Below, in pieces: positions 27,762 through 37,468 of a stretch of DNA of 64,000 nt. Within the stretch, counting starts at the first letter, position 1. Every line of letters starts with the position of its first letter. The notes beneath the pieces are model-generated. The model did no database searches and was not told the origin of the DNA. It worked only from the letters and a program-made list of their open reading frames with translations. The stretch lies in the sequence record NC_021531.1; one strand, given 5' to 3'. The position numbers and the translations under genes were made by a program.

Positions 27762-27784
27762 TTTCTTCTAACGAGGAACCCCTA

Positions 27785-29032
27785 ATGGAAGCGATTTATC
27801 AAGTGCGGTCAGACAACGCTTTCGGCTATAATCGCAGTACCCGCATTTGGGAAAATGTTGATATCACGCTGCCGATTAAGACGTTGCTCGACCAGTATCA
27901 CGAAATTGAAGTCGGTGTTGATGACTTTAATAGCAAACCCTTTACTTTTTTTACCCGGTTGCATCTGTCCGACCTGAGCAACTTCACGGGCAATCTTCAG
28001 GCGTGGTTCACCTCGAAAGCCGGGGTAGCAATTACTACGTTGAAAGAAGGTTATCCGGTTCTGGAGTTCAATAAGGCATACTACCAGTCATTGTTCTGGG
28101 ACATCGGTATCAAAACCCATATCTGTCCTCCGGGTACACACTTCACGCAGGATTTCGCTATTGATGACGCGACAGACATTGTCGTTGAAATTGAGAAAGA
28201 GAACTCTGCACTTTACAACAATTACGCGTTGTATAATGTTGACGGGTACTGGGTACCGCATGTCTACGACGATGCTGGTATTCGCCTAACTGCGGCCGGT
28301 AAAATCGTTAAGCGTAGTGGCCGTGTCTCGGTTGGTTGTCTTGTGATGAAACATATCGCCAAGGTGAAGACCATACCGATTACTGACGATATGTTATTTC
28401 GCGTCGACACTTCGATGGACTGGACTTCGAATCTGCTGCTGAAAGTGGGTACGGGGCTAACCGGGAAAACGGTTGGGTTAGTAATTGGTGGGGTGTTGCG
28501 TTGGCTTAAACCGTCACAGATAATCTCTGACACCACCGCAACGGTTTCACTCTCTAACCTGAACCTGCTCAAGCAACTGCTGATGTCAGAAACGCATTAT
28601 GACTGGGATGCCCTCGGTCTAGGTGATTTCGCATCGCCTTCTGCAGTGGCTAAGCTGCGCAATACCGAAACGCTCCGTGCTTTGCTGAAACACGAATCCT
28701 CGTTCTTGGTGACCATTGATACCCCGTATCTGGAAATCAGTAACGACTACGTGAACCACACGGCTAACCCGGGCATCTTCTATTACGCCGACAAAAACGG
28801 TGACAAAACACTCGGTATCCTGACTAACGACTTGGGCAAGTGCATTGACTACTGGCCTATTTGGGAAGAAGGAGAGTGGACACTTAACACCAACGAGTTG
28901 TCTAACCCGAGTTATGTTGCCTTCACGTCAAAGTGGCAGAACCACCATGTAGTGAACGATGCGTTTACCCATCTGGACCGTTACCGTAAACCAATGGCGG
29001 TGATGCAGCAGTTCCGAGCCAGAAAAAATTAA
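27785..29032 (+). CDS. Virion structural protein (hypothetical)
   Basis: Start reassigned to MEAIYQV at 27785 (SD GAGGA), giving 415 aa. The upstream extension in the ORF track overlaps a divergent gene. Confidence 0.7.
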   Translation: MEAIYQVRSDNAFGYNRSTRIWENVDITLPIKTLLDQYHEIEVGVDDFNSKPFTFFTRLHLSDLSNFTGNLQAWFTSKAGVAITTLKEGYPVLEFNKAYYQSLFWDIGIKTHICPPGTHFTQDFAIDDATDIVVEIEKENSALYNNYALYNVDGYWVPHVYDDAGIRLTAAGKIVKRSGRVSVGCLVMKHIAKVKTIPITDDMLFRVDTSMDWTSNLLLKVGTGLTGKTVGLVIGGVLRWLKPSQIISDTTATVSLSNLNLLKQLLMSETHYDWDALGLGDFASPSAVAKLRNTETLRALLKHESSFLVTIDTPYLEISNDYVNHTANPGIFYYADKNGDKTLGILTNDLGKCIDYWPIWEEGEWTLNTNELSNPSYVAFTSKWQNHHVVNDAFTHLDRYRKPMAVMQQFRARKN

Positions 29033-29035
29033 AGA

Positions 29036-29077
29036 TAACTACTCTCCCATCGGGAGAGTAGCCTTTTACTTTTTTTA
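29036..29077. terminator. Intrinsic terminator (same stem sequence as at 5735)
   Basis: CTACTCTCCC-atc-GGGAGAGTAG then CCTTTTACTTTTTTT. Confidence 0.85.
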
Positions 29078-29281
29078 CGCGTCTGCTTTGTACACAATCG
29101 CGTTGCCGTGCATTTTGTTGTCACCGCCGGCAGCAGTGATAACGATAGCGTCGCCGCCCAGCTCTGCCGCTTTCGCTTCCAGTGCTTTTTCGACGTCGTT
29201 CAGAGTGGCCTGGCCAGAAACAGAAACATGACCGATTTCAGAATAGCCTGCCGGTACAGAACCTTTTGCGAACTGTTGCAT
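29075..29281 (-). CDS. DUF1471 (YdgH/BhsA/McbA-like) domain protein lacking a signal peptide
   Basis: IGHVSVSG..LEAKAAELGGDAIVITAAGGDNKMHGNAIVYK. SD GAGGA. Confidence 0.8.
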   Translation of the reverse strand: MQQFAKGSVPAGYSEIGHVSVSGQATLNDVEKALEAKAAELGGDAIVITAAGGDNKMHGNAIVYKADA

Positions 29282-29591
29282 AACTTCATCCTCAGTTGTG
29301 TTGCGAGTAACAAGACCCCATGTCTTTTACCCCATGTGCATACTAAGGCAAACAAATTAGAATTCCCCCTAGACGAGGTTGGCGCGAATCATTTATCGGC
29401 CGAAACAAGTCGTAGGGGGTATTCCGTTTTTTGGTCCGCTTCAGCAATCGCAATCGCTTATCGAATCCACAGGCGCGCACGCCAGTAATGGGCTAATGAA
29501 AGCCTCTTTCAGTTCCAAATTGTGGGCACTACTGTTGCTACCGATTAAACAGTGCATGTTGCATATAATAGCAACAACTGTTGTTATTGAA

Positions 29592-30500
29592 TTATTTCGG
29601 TTTAGATACGTCTTTACCGTCGCCCTGTTCAGTGTGGACGTGCAGACTAAAGGTGATACCCTTAATGACCGCTTCGGTAACGGTGAACGTACCTTTACCG
29701 GTTCCTTTCCCGTTGTAAGTGAAATCTTTACCAACGAGGAAGTTGCCGGTCGTTTCATGCTCAGGCGTATCGTGCGTTACTTTACTTGACGCTTTGACAG
29801 TTGCCGTTTCACACTCAACCAACCACTCTTTCGTCTTCCAGTGAATCTTATCCTTCGCTGTCCCGAATATCTCATCACGCACCATATGCATCTTGGTACC
29901 GAAAGAGTTCTCCGCGCCGATATCGCCTTCTTCAGAAGCCAGCCAGATTTTGTTACCGACGTCGTCCATGATGACAAACTTCGATTCTTCAGTGTCGAGC
30001 TGAATATCGTAACCAAACTTCTCACCGTTCATCTTCGACGTGTGGAGTGTGATATGTTTGTCTTCTGGAGAGAAGGCCATCCAGTAGGCGTTGGCAAGGT
30101 TATTAACGGTGCCGTTCTTCGGGTCAGCGCCAAAGGCAAACACGACATGCTCTAAACGCTTGGCGTTCATGCAATTCATGTCTTCCCAGTAATAGATATC
30201 CGTTTCACCCAAACGGTTAATGCGAACTTGGTCGCCTTTCTTCACGTCCGGGGAAGTTACACGGTTGCTGTTGAGATGCATCCACGTTGCGTCAATGGTT
30301 TTACCCATTGTGAGCTTCAGGTTGTCCTGTGCCCCCTTCGCGTTCTTGTAGGACATCTCAACTTCTTGTTCCTGAGCATCGATAGTCGTTGCGTTGGCGA
30401 AGTTCACCTCGATGGGGATGACTTTAATGACGTCCGTACCTCGGGGCTTGTCTTCCGCAACGATACCATAGCTGTAGGCTTTTAGTTGTGAAATTTCCAT
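29592..30500 (-). CDS. Baseplate central spike / tail-tip protein (gpV / phiKZ gp164-like)
   Basis: OB-fold-like N-terminus, PDVKKGDQV, beta-helix-type segment, C-terminal HVHTEQGDG (HxH metal-binding apex). Confidence 0.75.
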   Translation of the reverse strand: MEISQLKAYSYGIVAEDKPRGTDVIKVIPIEVNFANATTIDAQEQEVEMSYKNAKGAQDNLKLTMGKTIDATWMHLNSNRVTSPDVKKGDQVRINRLGETDIYYWEDMNCMNAKRLEHVVFAFGADPKNGTVNNLANAYWMAFSPEDKHITLHTSKMNGEKFGYDIQLDTEESKFVIMDDVGNKIWLASEEGDIGAENSFGTKMHMVRDEIFGTAKDKIHWKTKEWLVECETATVKASSKVTHDTPEHETTGNFLVGKDFTYNGKGTGKGTFTVTEAVIKGITFSLHVHTEQGDGKDVSKPK

Positions 30501-30696
30501 TAGTCACCTCGTTGTACGTTACATACTATCCCGCTACTCTCTTTTTTTACGTTACACCCCTAGTTTATAGAAGGATACGTGAGAACGGATTCTGGGGAGA
30601 GGGGGCTTTTAATACACGGAGCGTAGCGACATCCTTATTCTTGTTTTGATCCCTTTAACATAGCCTTCCTCCTTTTTTCTAGTGAATTTATTTTCA

Positions 30697-30715
30697 GATA
30701 TATATTACCTAAGTG
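30697..30715 (+). promoter_or_regulatory. Early promoter motif (contains TATATTAC)
   Basis: GATATATATTACCTAAGTG upstream of a run of small plus-strand genes. Matches the phiKZ early consensus as I recall it. Confidence 0.65.
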
Positions 30716-30797
30716 AATAGAACCATGTGTTCTTCAACTCCCCACTTTCCTTTAGTGAATTGATTGGGGTTAACTGAGACTACTAGAGGTTTTAGAA

Positions 30798-31892
30798 ATG
30801 AGTAATGAAAAACTGGTACGTGGTATTGAAACTCTGCTGAACGATATTGCAGATAAAAAAGATACTTTCGATAACTTTGCGCCGCGCCTGACAACTCTTC
30901 TAAGAAAAGAGGAAAACGCCAGCTGGGATTGCTTCTCAGTACCGACGGCTATTGGCCTATCGAATTTAGAAGAATGGCTGATTAAAGAGCATCAGCTTGA
31001 CTTAGATTACCTGTGTCCGACCAAAGAAGGTCTGCAGAAAATTCTACAAGGCGTTTCTGATGCCATTTACAAGCCTTATGGCGACAGCAAACCAACTTGG
31101 GAAGTTTACGAGGGTGGGACGTATAAACTCCTTATTCAGCGTATGCGCAACATTCCGTTGTACGCGGCTGTAATCAAGAGAGACAAATCGGCTGTATATG
31201 ACGAAACGGGGACACGACTGCAGACGACGCAAGACTTCGTTAACAAAATTAAGAGTCAGGTTATTGAGCTTTACGAACGACGTGTTAACCAGTCAGACGT
31301 TGTCAAGGATATTGCAGCGTTCATCGCACATGAAACAAAATCTCCTTGGAAGCCAACCTCGCTAAAACACCATGATTTTGAAACGCAGTCTCCACGGTTG
31401 TTTCCAGAAGACCAGCGGGATAAACCGTTTTTAATAGAAGCATGGAACGCGACAGCGCCGTCGGGTGCTTTGATGAGCGAGATTGCAGACGCCATTACTG
31501 CCGGCACTCAACACTATTACGACTTCCCCCTCAAAACCCGCTTCAGCGGTTGGTTGGGTAAGTCGGGCGAATCACGTTGTATACATTTGAGATTCTGCAC
31601 CGCGCCTGCTACGGGTGGGTGTCAAGATGTCTTGCAAACAAACATGATTCTTTCTCTGGACGAGGTGGAATCGAACATGGGGTCTCGGGAAGCACGCTAT
31701 GCGGCATTCCTTCCAGATTCCGGCGACCGGAGCCGTAATGAGCCGGTTTATTTGATGTCGGCGAAAGCCACACGCTCCCTAACTAACGGGCGACCGTTAA
31801 CTGCAGCCCTTGACGACATTCGCCATGTCGCAAAGCAACAGGGGTGGAGTGATGTGCAGGCTTTTGGACAGCAACTGCTGTTCATTAGCTAA
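30798..31892 (+). CDS. Hypothetical protein
   Basis: 364-aa ORF, SD GAGG, followed by a terminator. Confidence 0.75.
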   Translation: MSNEKLVRGIETLLNDIADKKDTFDNFAPRLTTLLRKEENASWDCFSVPTAIGLSNLEEWLIKEHQLDLDYLCPTKEGLQKILQGVSDAIYKPYGDSKPTWEVYEGGTYKLLIQRMRNIPLYAAVIKRDKSAVYDETGTRLQTTQDFVNKIKSQVIELYERRVNQSDVVKDIAAFIAHETKSPWKPTSLKHHDFETQSPRLFPEDQRDKPFLIEAWNATAPSGALMSEIADAITAGTQHYYDFPLKTRFSGWLGKSGESRCIHLRFCTAPATGGCQDVLQTNMILSLDEVESNMGSREARYAAFLPDSGDRSRNEPVYLMSAKATRSLTNGRPLTAALDDIRHVAKQQGWSDVQAFGQQLLFIS

Positions 31893-31904
31893 AACTATAA
31901 AACT

Positions 31905-31930
31905 GGAGGGGCGTAGACCCCTCCCTTTAG
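31905..31930 (+). terminator. Intrinsic terminator
   Basis: GGAGGGG/CCCCTCC stem followed by CTTT. Confidence 0.6.
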
Positions 31931-31961
31931 CATTATTCGTTGCAATAAAGAGGTATCCACT

Positions 31962-32249
31962 ATGTTTGACTTTATTAATAAACTGATTATCGCCGCTTCT
32001 CTTTCCAACAAGGAATCCGCAGCTTACCTCCGTGCTAACACAGAACTCGGACGTTGGTTGTTCCGCCGCGATAACCGTATCGATTTAGATAAAGTTCAAC
32101 GTTTAGTCAATGAAGACTACGACGTTCGGTTTATCACCCGCCACCCTGACTCACATGTGGCTAAGCGTGATGCTAATACTAAAACCGGCGACGTGGTTGT
32201 AATCAAACATAACGGGGCGGAGTTCGAATACGAATATCGCCTCGAATAA
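31962..32249 (+). CDS. Hypothetical protein
   Basis: 95 aa, SD GAGG. Confidence 0.7.
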   Translation: MFDFINKLIIAASLSNKESAAYLRANTELGRWLFRRDNRIDLDKVQRLVNEDYDVRFITRHPDSHVAKRDANTKTGDVVVIKHNGAEFEYEYRLE

Positions 32250-32264
32250 AATTTAAAATTCGGA

Positions 32265-32840
32265 GTGTACAAAATGAAAAAGATGTCCTTTAGTCGTTCT
32301 CTGTACGTTCGTGAAACTGTAGAGAATTATTCTGCAACAGAGCTGTGTGCTTTGATGAAGTCTATTGAAGTAAGTCGCGATGCAAGAGTAGTAGCGCTCA
32401 ACGGTACCCGTGAGATGCTGGAGGCCATCCTCAACACTCCGCAATTAAATTATTACCTGCGATGCAACTACAAGTCGGTTATCGATGCCGTCGAAATGGG
32501 GAAATGCAGTTTTAGAAAGTGGGGCGCTCCTGCACGTGCTACTGTCGTGGTAACTGACCACCACGAAGGGGTACGCGTAAGCATTCTGGGCACCGAGATG
32601 TCGGTGGTGGTACCAGATGGTTTCGTGGAGAAATATGATGTCGCTCAGAGCAGTGTGGACGGTGTGCTGTTAGACGCTGACCGCTTTGACTTTGTCTTCA
32701 CCTTCCCAGCCGCTATCTCTTGCTACTACCCGCTTATCAAAATGCTGCGCGAAGCATCACAGCACCTTGAGTGTATTGATGTCTTCCGCTTACAAGATGC
32801 GTCAGGACAAACGGAGAGCGCTCTGCGCCTTTTTGCCTGA
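32265..32840 (+). CDS. Hypothetical protein
   Basis: 191 aa from GTG (alternative ATG at 32274), SD GGAG. Confidence 0.7.
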   Translation: MYKMKKMSFSRSLYVRETVENYSATELCALMKSIEVSRDARVVALNGTREMLEAILNTPQLNYYLRCNYKSVIDAVEMGKCSFRKWGAPARATVVVTDHHEGVRVSILGTEMSVVVPDGFVEKYDVAQSSVDGVLLDADRFDFVFTFPAAISCYYPLIKMLREASQHLECIDVFRLQDASGQTESALRLFA

Positions 32841-32865
32841 CCCTAGCACCGAATGAGGAGTAATC

Positions 32866-33375
32866 ATGTTTACCTTTACCCGTATGAACAAATTTTCCCC
32901 TGCACAGTTAATGGCAATGGCTTCTACCATGTGTCAAATGCAGGATTTAGAGCAGCGTATCTTAAACGGTACAGGCAGCATTGAGAAGGCTGCGCGCCAA
33001 ATCAATATTCGTCTGTACACCGCTGCGCAACGTAGTGGAGCTTTCCACAAATCGTTGTTTGCATTGCCGATGGTTACTGCCTATCGGGACAACCACGGCC
33101 TGCCGTTCAATCGGGACTTCCCACTTCACCTTAGCACCTGCTTATACATTGCGTATAAGCCTGTTTTCGGTGACATCCGTATACGCAATATATTGACGGG
33201 TGAGGAGTTTCGCAGTACCGAACGCGGCACTCCAGTCATGGAGAAGTCGGAAGGGGTATTCGTGTTTAACGGCGCTAGGGTGCTGAACAATACGCCGTAC
33301 GAAGATATCAGTGGGGTCTACAGACCTGTGCTCGAAGTCGTAGAAGAGGACGATGACGAGCTGGTCATGAGTTAA
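32866..33375 (+). CDS. Hypothetical protein
   Basis: 169 aa, SD GAGGAG. Confidence 0.7.
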   Translation: MFTFTRMNKFSPAQLMAMASTMCQMQDLEQRILNGTGSIEKAARQINIRLYTAAQRSGAFHKSLFALPMVTAYRDNHGLPFNRDFPLHLSTCLYIAYKPVFGDIRIRNILTGEEFRSTERGTPVMEKSEGVFVFNGARVLNNTPYEDISGVYRPVLEVVEEDDDELVMS

Positions 33376-33407
33376 TGTGCCAACGTTTAGGTTCACGTTT
33401 GAACCGG

Positions 33408-33438
33408 GAGGACAGGGAATCTGTCCTCTTCTTTTTTT
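33408..33438 (+). terminator. Intrinsic terminator
   Basis: GAGGACAG/CTGTCCTC stem followed by a T-tract. Confidence 0.85.
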
Positions 33439-33465
33439 CTATCCAAATAATCACGTGGAGTTATC

Positions 33466-34278
33466 ATGCAAAATATAGACCGATTCTTTCCGAACCACTC
33501 TGAACTCGAACAGCGTGGAATCGTAGATGCTAGGGAGGAGATACTCACCATTAACAATATGCTGGTTTCCATGCTGGCCGACCCTGAAGTTCCAGATATG
33601 GTGAAACCGCTAATCTGGGGCGAGGTGAGAAAAGACACCCTTAGTCAAGATCAGTTCCAAAGCTTTCTGAATAATAAAACGGGCGCAGCAGATTGGTTAC
33701 GTAACAGTTTCCCGGAGATGGTAAAGGTTACGTTTCTTAATGACGATCGAAAAGCGAAGACCCCAGGCTTATCTAAAATAGGCGTTTACTTTGAAGTGAA
33801 AAACGGGCACATCATCGTGTACCCTATCGGCTTCAACCTCCCCGGTGGGAACGTGTTCAAATGCGCCGAACGTGGGGATTTGAATGGTTGTCGTGAACTG
33901 ACCAAAACCTTTGTGTTCTTCGGGCCGGATGCGCAGTTTGCGTGCGCGATGCCGCAAGATGTATTACAAGCGCTTCAGGGATTACGGGCAGAACTCTGGG
34001 AATTCATAAACCCTCGCATGCCGTATTTGAATGAAACGATTCACGCTCTTCGTGACGAGATAGATGCGCGACTTCGCTATCAGGCCGAGACTAGCGTGTT
34101 GGCACCGGTGTTGAGTTTGGCCGTATCTGCTTTAAACGACCCGACCAAAAGAAAAGACATGGGCCGCTGGCTGCGTAGTGAATATCTGAAAGACGAAATG
34201 GTTTTTAATCATGCCTGTAAACTGCTCGATATTGCAATTAACACGGGTAACGATGGTGTGACTGTACGCTATTTATAA
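33466..34278 (+). CDS. Hypothetical protein
   Basis: 270 aa, SD GGAG. Confidence 0.7.
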   Translation: MQNIDRFFPNHSELEQRGIVDAREEILTINNMLVSMLADPEVPDMVKPLIWGEVRKDTLSQDQFQSFLNNKTGAADWLRNSFPEMVKVTFLNDDRKAKTPGLSKIGVYFEVKNGHIIVYPIGFNLPGGNVFKCAERGDLNGCRELTKTFVFFGPDAQFACAMPQDVLQALQGLRAELWEFINPRMPYLNETIHALRDEIDARLRYQAETSVLAPVLSLAVSALNDPTKRKDMGRWLRSEYLKDEMVFNHACKLLDIAINTGNDGVTVRYL

Positions 34279-34284
34279 AAGAGC

Positions 34285-34309
34285 GGGACTTCGGTCCCTT
34301 CTTTTTTTT
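34285..34309 (+). terminator. Intrinsic terminator
   Basis: GGGAC-TTCG-GTCCC followed by a T-tract. Confidence 0.85.
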
Positions 34310-34351
34310 GTTTTTTACGGTACATGCCTAGAGTATAAGAAAAGAAAAGGT

Positions 34352-36871
34352 GTGAATATCATGTTCAAAGTAGACCGTATTGTTCTTAAGCGTTTCACAG
34401 GGATGTCGCTACATGAGATTGCTGAGTTCGACTTTACCATCAAAACGCCCATCACAATTATTCTCGGCGGTAACGGTTCCGGCAAAACCAGTCTCTTGTC
34501 AGTTTATTTCCCGGTCTGTCCACCGAAAGAAGATTTGATGGACGGTGGTTCGTACACCAACTACTGTCAGAAGGACGACACCAAATATAAGTGCCACGTC
34601 AAACGTACGGGCGGGACACTGCACTGCACCATCGTTAACTTGACCACCAATGAAGAAGTGGTATCTAAAGTTAACCCGAAAGTTTACAACGCGAATATCG
34701 AAGACCTGTTTGGTTTGAACCGTGAACGTAAAGAGCTGCTGAACGGTGAGAACATTCTGACCCGTGCAGGTACCGCACAGCGTCGTCAGTGGTTCACCAT
34801 GCTGTCTACCTCTAACCTGACCTACGCGCTGGGCTTTTATGCGCGTCTGCGTAAGCACCTGACTGCGCTCGGCAACCAAGCCGACTACGTCCGTGGTAAG
34901 ATTGCCGAAACCAAAGTCCGTGTGGTTGAAGACGAGTCTGAACGTCTACAGTTAGAAACCCGTTTACAGCAACTCGAGAAGGAAATCAATCAGCTGGCCG
35001 CATCATTAGCCAACACGCCTGCTACCGACCCGAATGTGGATGAGGATTATATTCGCCATCTCTTGGCGCAGTGTGGTGAAGTCAGCAAGTTCGTGGTGGG
35101 TAGTGAGTCCATTCCGGTGCAGGAAGACATTGACGCTGCGCAACTGACTATTCAAAACCTGAATGGACAGATTCAAACGTGGGGTGCTGTTTACAGTGAG
35201 CGTAATAAGGCGCTGTCACAGCTGATGGATGAGGAAGCTCGTCAGCAGTATCTGATGCGTAACCACACCGGATTAAAAGAACAGATGGAGAAGCTCACCG
35301 AAACTGTTCAAGGTTACGAAAACCGTCAGTACATGTTCCCCGGGCTGTTCGATACGCAACTGACTATCGGTGAATTAATTTCGGCTACTACTGTTGCGCA
35401 GGAGTTTACGCCTTTACTGCAATCGAATTTGGACGGACTAACAACTCGTGAAACCATTCGTGCGATTCAAGAGCGTCTCTTGCCCATTGAAAACCGCGTT
35501 TCTGAGCTGGCAGGTAAACGCATCAACTTAGAGCGCTTGCTTGGCGAAGACCGTTCCATGTTGCAGCACATTCGTGACACTGACGAGGTAAGTTGTCCGA
35601 ATTGCACACACACCTTTAAACCGGGCGTGGGTAAACTCACGGAAGGGGATTTACTGCAACGCATTCAGACCGGTGAAAACCACATCGTAATCGTCGCAAC
35701 AGAAATTGAGCAGCTGACTCGCGAACAAACGAGCTTAATTGAAGAGATGAAACGCCTGCAAGCTATCCGTGAGATTGTCATGACTTTCTCCCGCGACCGC
35801 GTATTAGGTATCCTCTTTAAGAAACTCACCGAGGAAGAAGCTTTCCGTCAGCATCGGTACAAATTCGGCGGTATCATGACCGTCTTCTTTGATGAGCTGG
35901 CAGAAGCGACTCATTACCTGCGAGCCTGCAAAGATTTGGACAAAACCAAATCAGAGTGGGCTGAGTTGGCGCGGGCGCAAGGCAATGTTGATACCACGCT
36001 GGAAGCACGTATCAAAATTCAGCAAGAAGCGGTTAATGAAGCATTGCAAGCGAAGTACGACGTTGAGGGAACGCTTAAGCAAGCGCAGGCGCATTTGTCT
36101 AGTCTGCAGCGTACCAAAACTGCGGTTGAGAACTTCAAGGTCTTAGAGGGGCGTTTAGAGTCTGCTCTGCGTCTTTACTCGAACAACCTTGCTGTAAAAG
36201 AAGTCGAATCATTGAGGGATTCTCGCTGGGACCAATTCTCGATTGCTCGTGAACGTTATCGTTTAATGCAGCAGGAGTTGGATAAACTCGCGGAACTCGA
36301 AAAAGAGCTGGAGCGTTTGTTAAAGCATCAGCACACGACCAAACTGATGGTGCAGAGTTTCTCTCCGGAGAAAGGTGTTCTGCGTCGTCACTTCTTTAAC
36401 TCAATTGCACGTGTAACCGAGATGATGTCCAGCTACATCGAACATATCTGGGCGTACCCAATGCAAGTCTTGCCGTGTGATATGTCTGAGGGTGACTTGG
36501 ACTACCGTTTTCCGTACCGTTTAAAAGACAACGCGGAACCGGTGTTCGATATCTGCAAAGGTTCAGCCGCACAACGCGATATCTTCGACTTGACTTTCCG
36601 CTTAACGGCGTATCGTTGCTTAGGGTTGAAGCAATATCCGCTACTGTTGGATGAGCCGGGCGCAACATTCGACGAAGCTCACCGTAACGAACTGGTAGAC
36701 TTCTTGAAAATGCTGCTGCACTCAGACGAGTTCTCACAAATCATCGTAATCTCGCATAACTCCGAGGTTCACTCGAAGTTAGTCGGTGCAGATTACTGCG
36801 TGCTGGAATCCGAAGGGATTACCCCGCCGCCTGTCTATAACCAAAACGTGAAGATAACGTACAATGACTAA
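34352..36871 (+). CDS. sbcC: SbcC/Rad50-like SMC-family ATPase
   Basis: Walker A GGNGSGKT, coiled coils with a CPNC zinc hook, signature KGSAAQR, Walker B LLLDEP, H-loop ISH. Confidence 0.9.
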   Translation: MNIMFKVDRIVLKRFTGMSLHEIAEFDFTIKTPITIILGGNGSGKTSLLSVYFPVCPPKEDLMDGGSYTNYCQKDDTKYKCHVKRTGGTLHCTIVNLTTNEEVVSKVNPKVYNANIEDLFGLNRERKELLNGENILTRAGTAQRRQWFTMLSTSNLTYALGFYARLRKHLTALGNQADYVRGKIAETKVRVVEDESERLQLETRLQQLEKEINQLAASLANTPATDPNVDEDYIRHLLAQCGEVSKFVVGSESIPVQEDIDAAQLTIQNLNGQIQTWGAVYSERNKALSQLMDEEARQQYLMRNHTGLKEQMEKLTETVQGYENRQYMFPGLFDTQLTIGELISATTVAQEFTPLLQSNLDGLTTRETIRAIQERLLPIENRVSELAGKRINLERLLGEDRSMLQHIRDTDEVSCPNCTHTFKPGVGKLTEGDLLQRIQTGENHIVIVATEIEQLTREQTSLIEEMKRLQAIREIVMTFSRDRVLGILFKKLTEEEAFRQHRYKFGGIMTVFFDELAEATHYLRACKDLDKTKSEWAELARAQGNVDTTLEARIKIQQEAVNEALQAKYDVEGTLKQAQAHLSSLQRTKTAVENFKVLEGRLESALRLYSNNLAVKEVESLRDSRWDQFSIARERYRLMQQELDKLAELEKELERLLKHQHTTKLMVQSFSPEKGVLRRHFFNSIARVTEMMSSYIEHIWAYPMQVLPCDMSEGDLDYRFPYRLKDNAEPVFDICKGSAAQRDIFDLTFRLTAYRCLGLKQYPLLLDEPGATFDEAHRNELVDFLKMLLHSDEFSQIIVISHNSEVHSKLVGADYCVLESEGITPPPVYNQNVKITYND

Positions 36872-36880
36872 GGAGGTAAA

Positions 36881-37222
36881 ATGGGCGGAACAGCTGTAGT
36901 AGTTGTCACAGCAGCAGCGGCTAATGCGGCCGCTAGTGCATCGTTAGCTGCGAGTAATGCGGCCCTAGCCGCCAATAGCTTGAACCATTCAGGTGGGGAC
37001 ATTGGTGAAGGTGGCGAGATTGCGCTTGCGATAATTCTGATTATTGCAGTGTTGCTTATTGGCGTGTCGCAGATACGAGATTATAAATGGGAGCGTGACT
37101 TTTACAGCGGATACGACTCCCGTAAGTCCGAGGTGGCTAGCCGTCGAATGACGGCAACGGCGGCGGTAATGTGTTTCGTGTTAGCGGCGATTTTAATTCT
37201 GGTTATAATGGCGGTGGCATAA
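36881..37222 (+). CDS. Membrane protein, Ala-rich N-terminus, two transmembrane segments
   Basis: 113 aa, SD AAGGAGG, two hydrophobic stretches. Confidence 0.7.
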   Translation: MGGTAVVVVTAAAANAAASASLAASNAALAANSLNHSGGDIGEGGEIALAIILIIAVLLIGVSQIRDYKWERDFYSGYDSRKSEVASRRMTATAAVMCFVLAAILILVIMAVA

Positions 37223-37314
37223 TGAACATCATGACTTTGATTGGCCGGGTTATTAAGGCGATCATACGTGCTATGTTTTCAAGGAAGAAAAATGAAGAAC
37301 GCAAAGAAAATTAA
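37222..37314 (+). CDS. Small hypothetical protein (30 aa)
   Basis: ATG overlaps the upstream TAA (TAATG). Sequence MNIMTLIGRVIKAIIRAMFSRKKNEERKEN. Below the ORF-track length cutoff. Confidence 0.4.
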   Translation: MNIMTLIGRVIKAIIRAMFSRKKNEERKEN

Positions 37315-37420
37315 AAAGCTTACCTCGTCTCTCCCTCGCTTCATTGAAGAAGTCGGGGGTAAGAAACTCAGTAAGTGGCAGCGAGATTTGATTAAACGCT
37401 TCAAACGGAAAGAAAAATAA
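37292..37420 (+). CDS. Small basic hypothetical protein (42 aa)
   Basis: MKNAKKIKKLTSSLPRFIEEVGGKKLSKWQRDLIKRFKRKEK, SD AAGGA. Confidence 0.5.
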   Translation: MKNAKKIKKLTSSLPRFIEEVGGKKLSKWQRDLIKRFKRKEK

Positions 37421-37424
37421 CTCA

Positions 37425-37443
37425 GATATATATCATCTTAGTG
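37425..37443 (+). promoter_or_regulatory. Early promoter-like motif
   Basis: GATATATATCATCTTAGTG, a near copy of the 30697 motif. Confidence 0.6.
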
Positions 37444-37468
37444 ACTATCAATCCTTTTGGAGCTAATC

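Noticed and set aside
27485-27784. 100-aa N-terminal extension of the 515-aa ORF
   Set aside because: Overlaps a divergent gene and the promoter palindrome. A better SD lies at ATG 27785.
29379-29789. ORFs 29379..29789 (+) and 29441..29758 (-)
   Set aside because: They overlap the spike gene, lack an SD and have no recognisable composition.
30610-30635. GGAGCGTAGCGAC motif as a replication or packaging origin
   Set aside because: Single short occurrence with no iterons or other support; too speculative.
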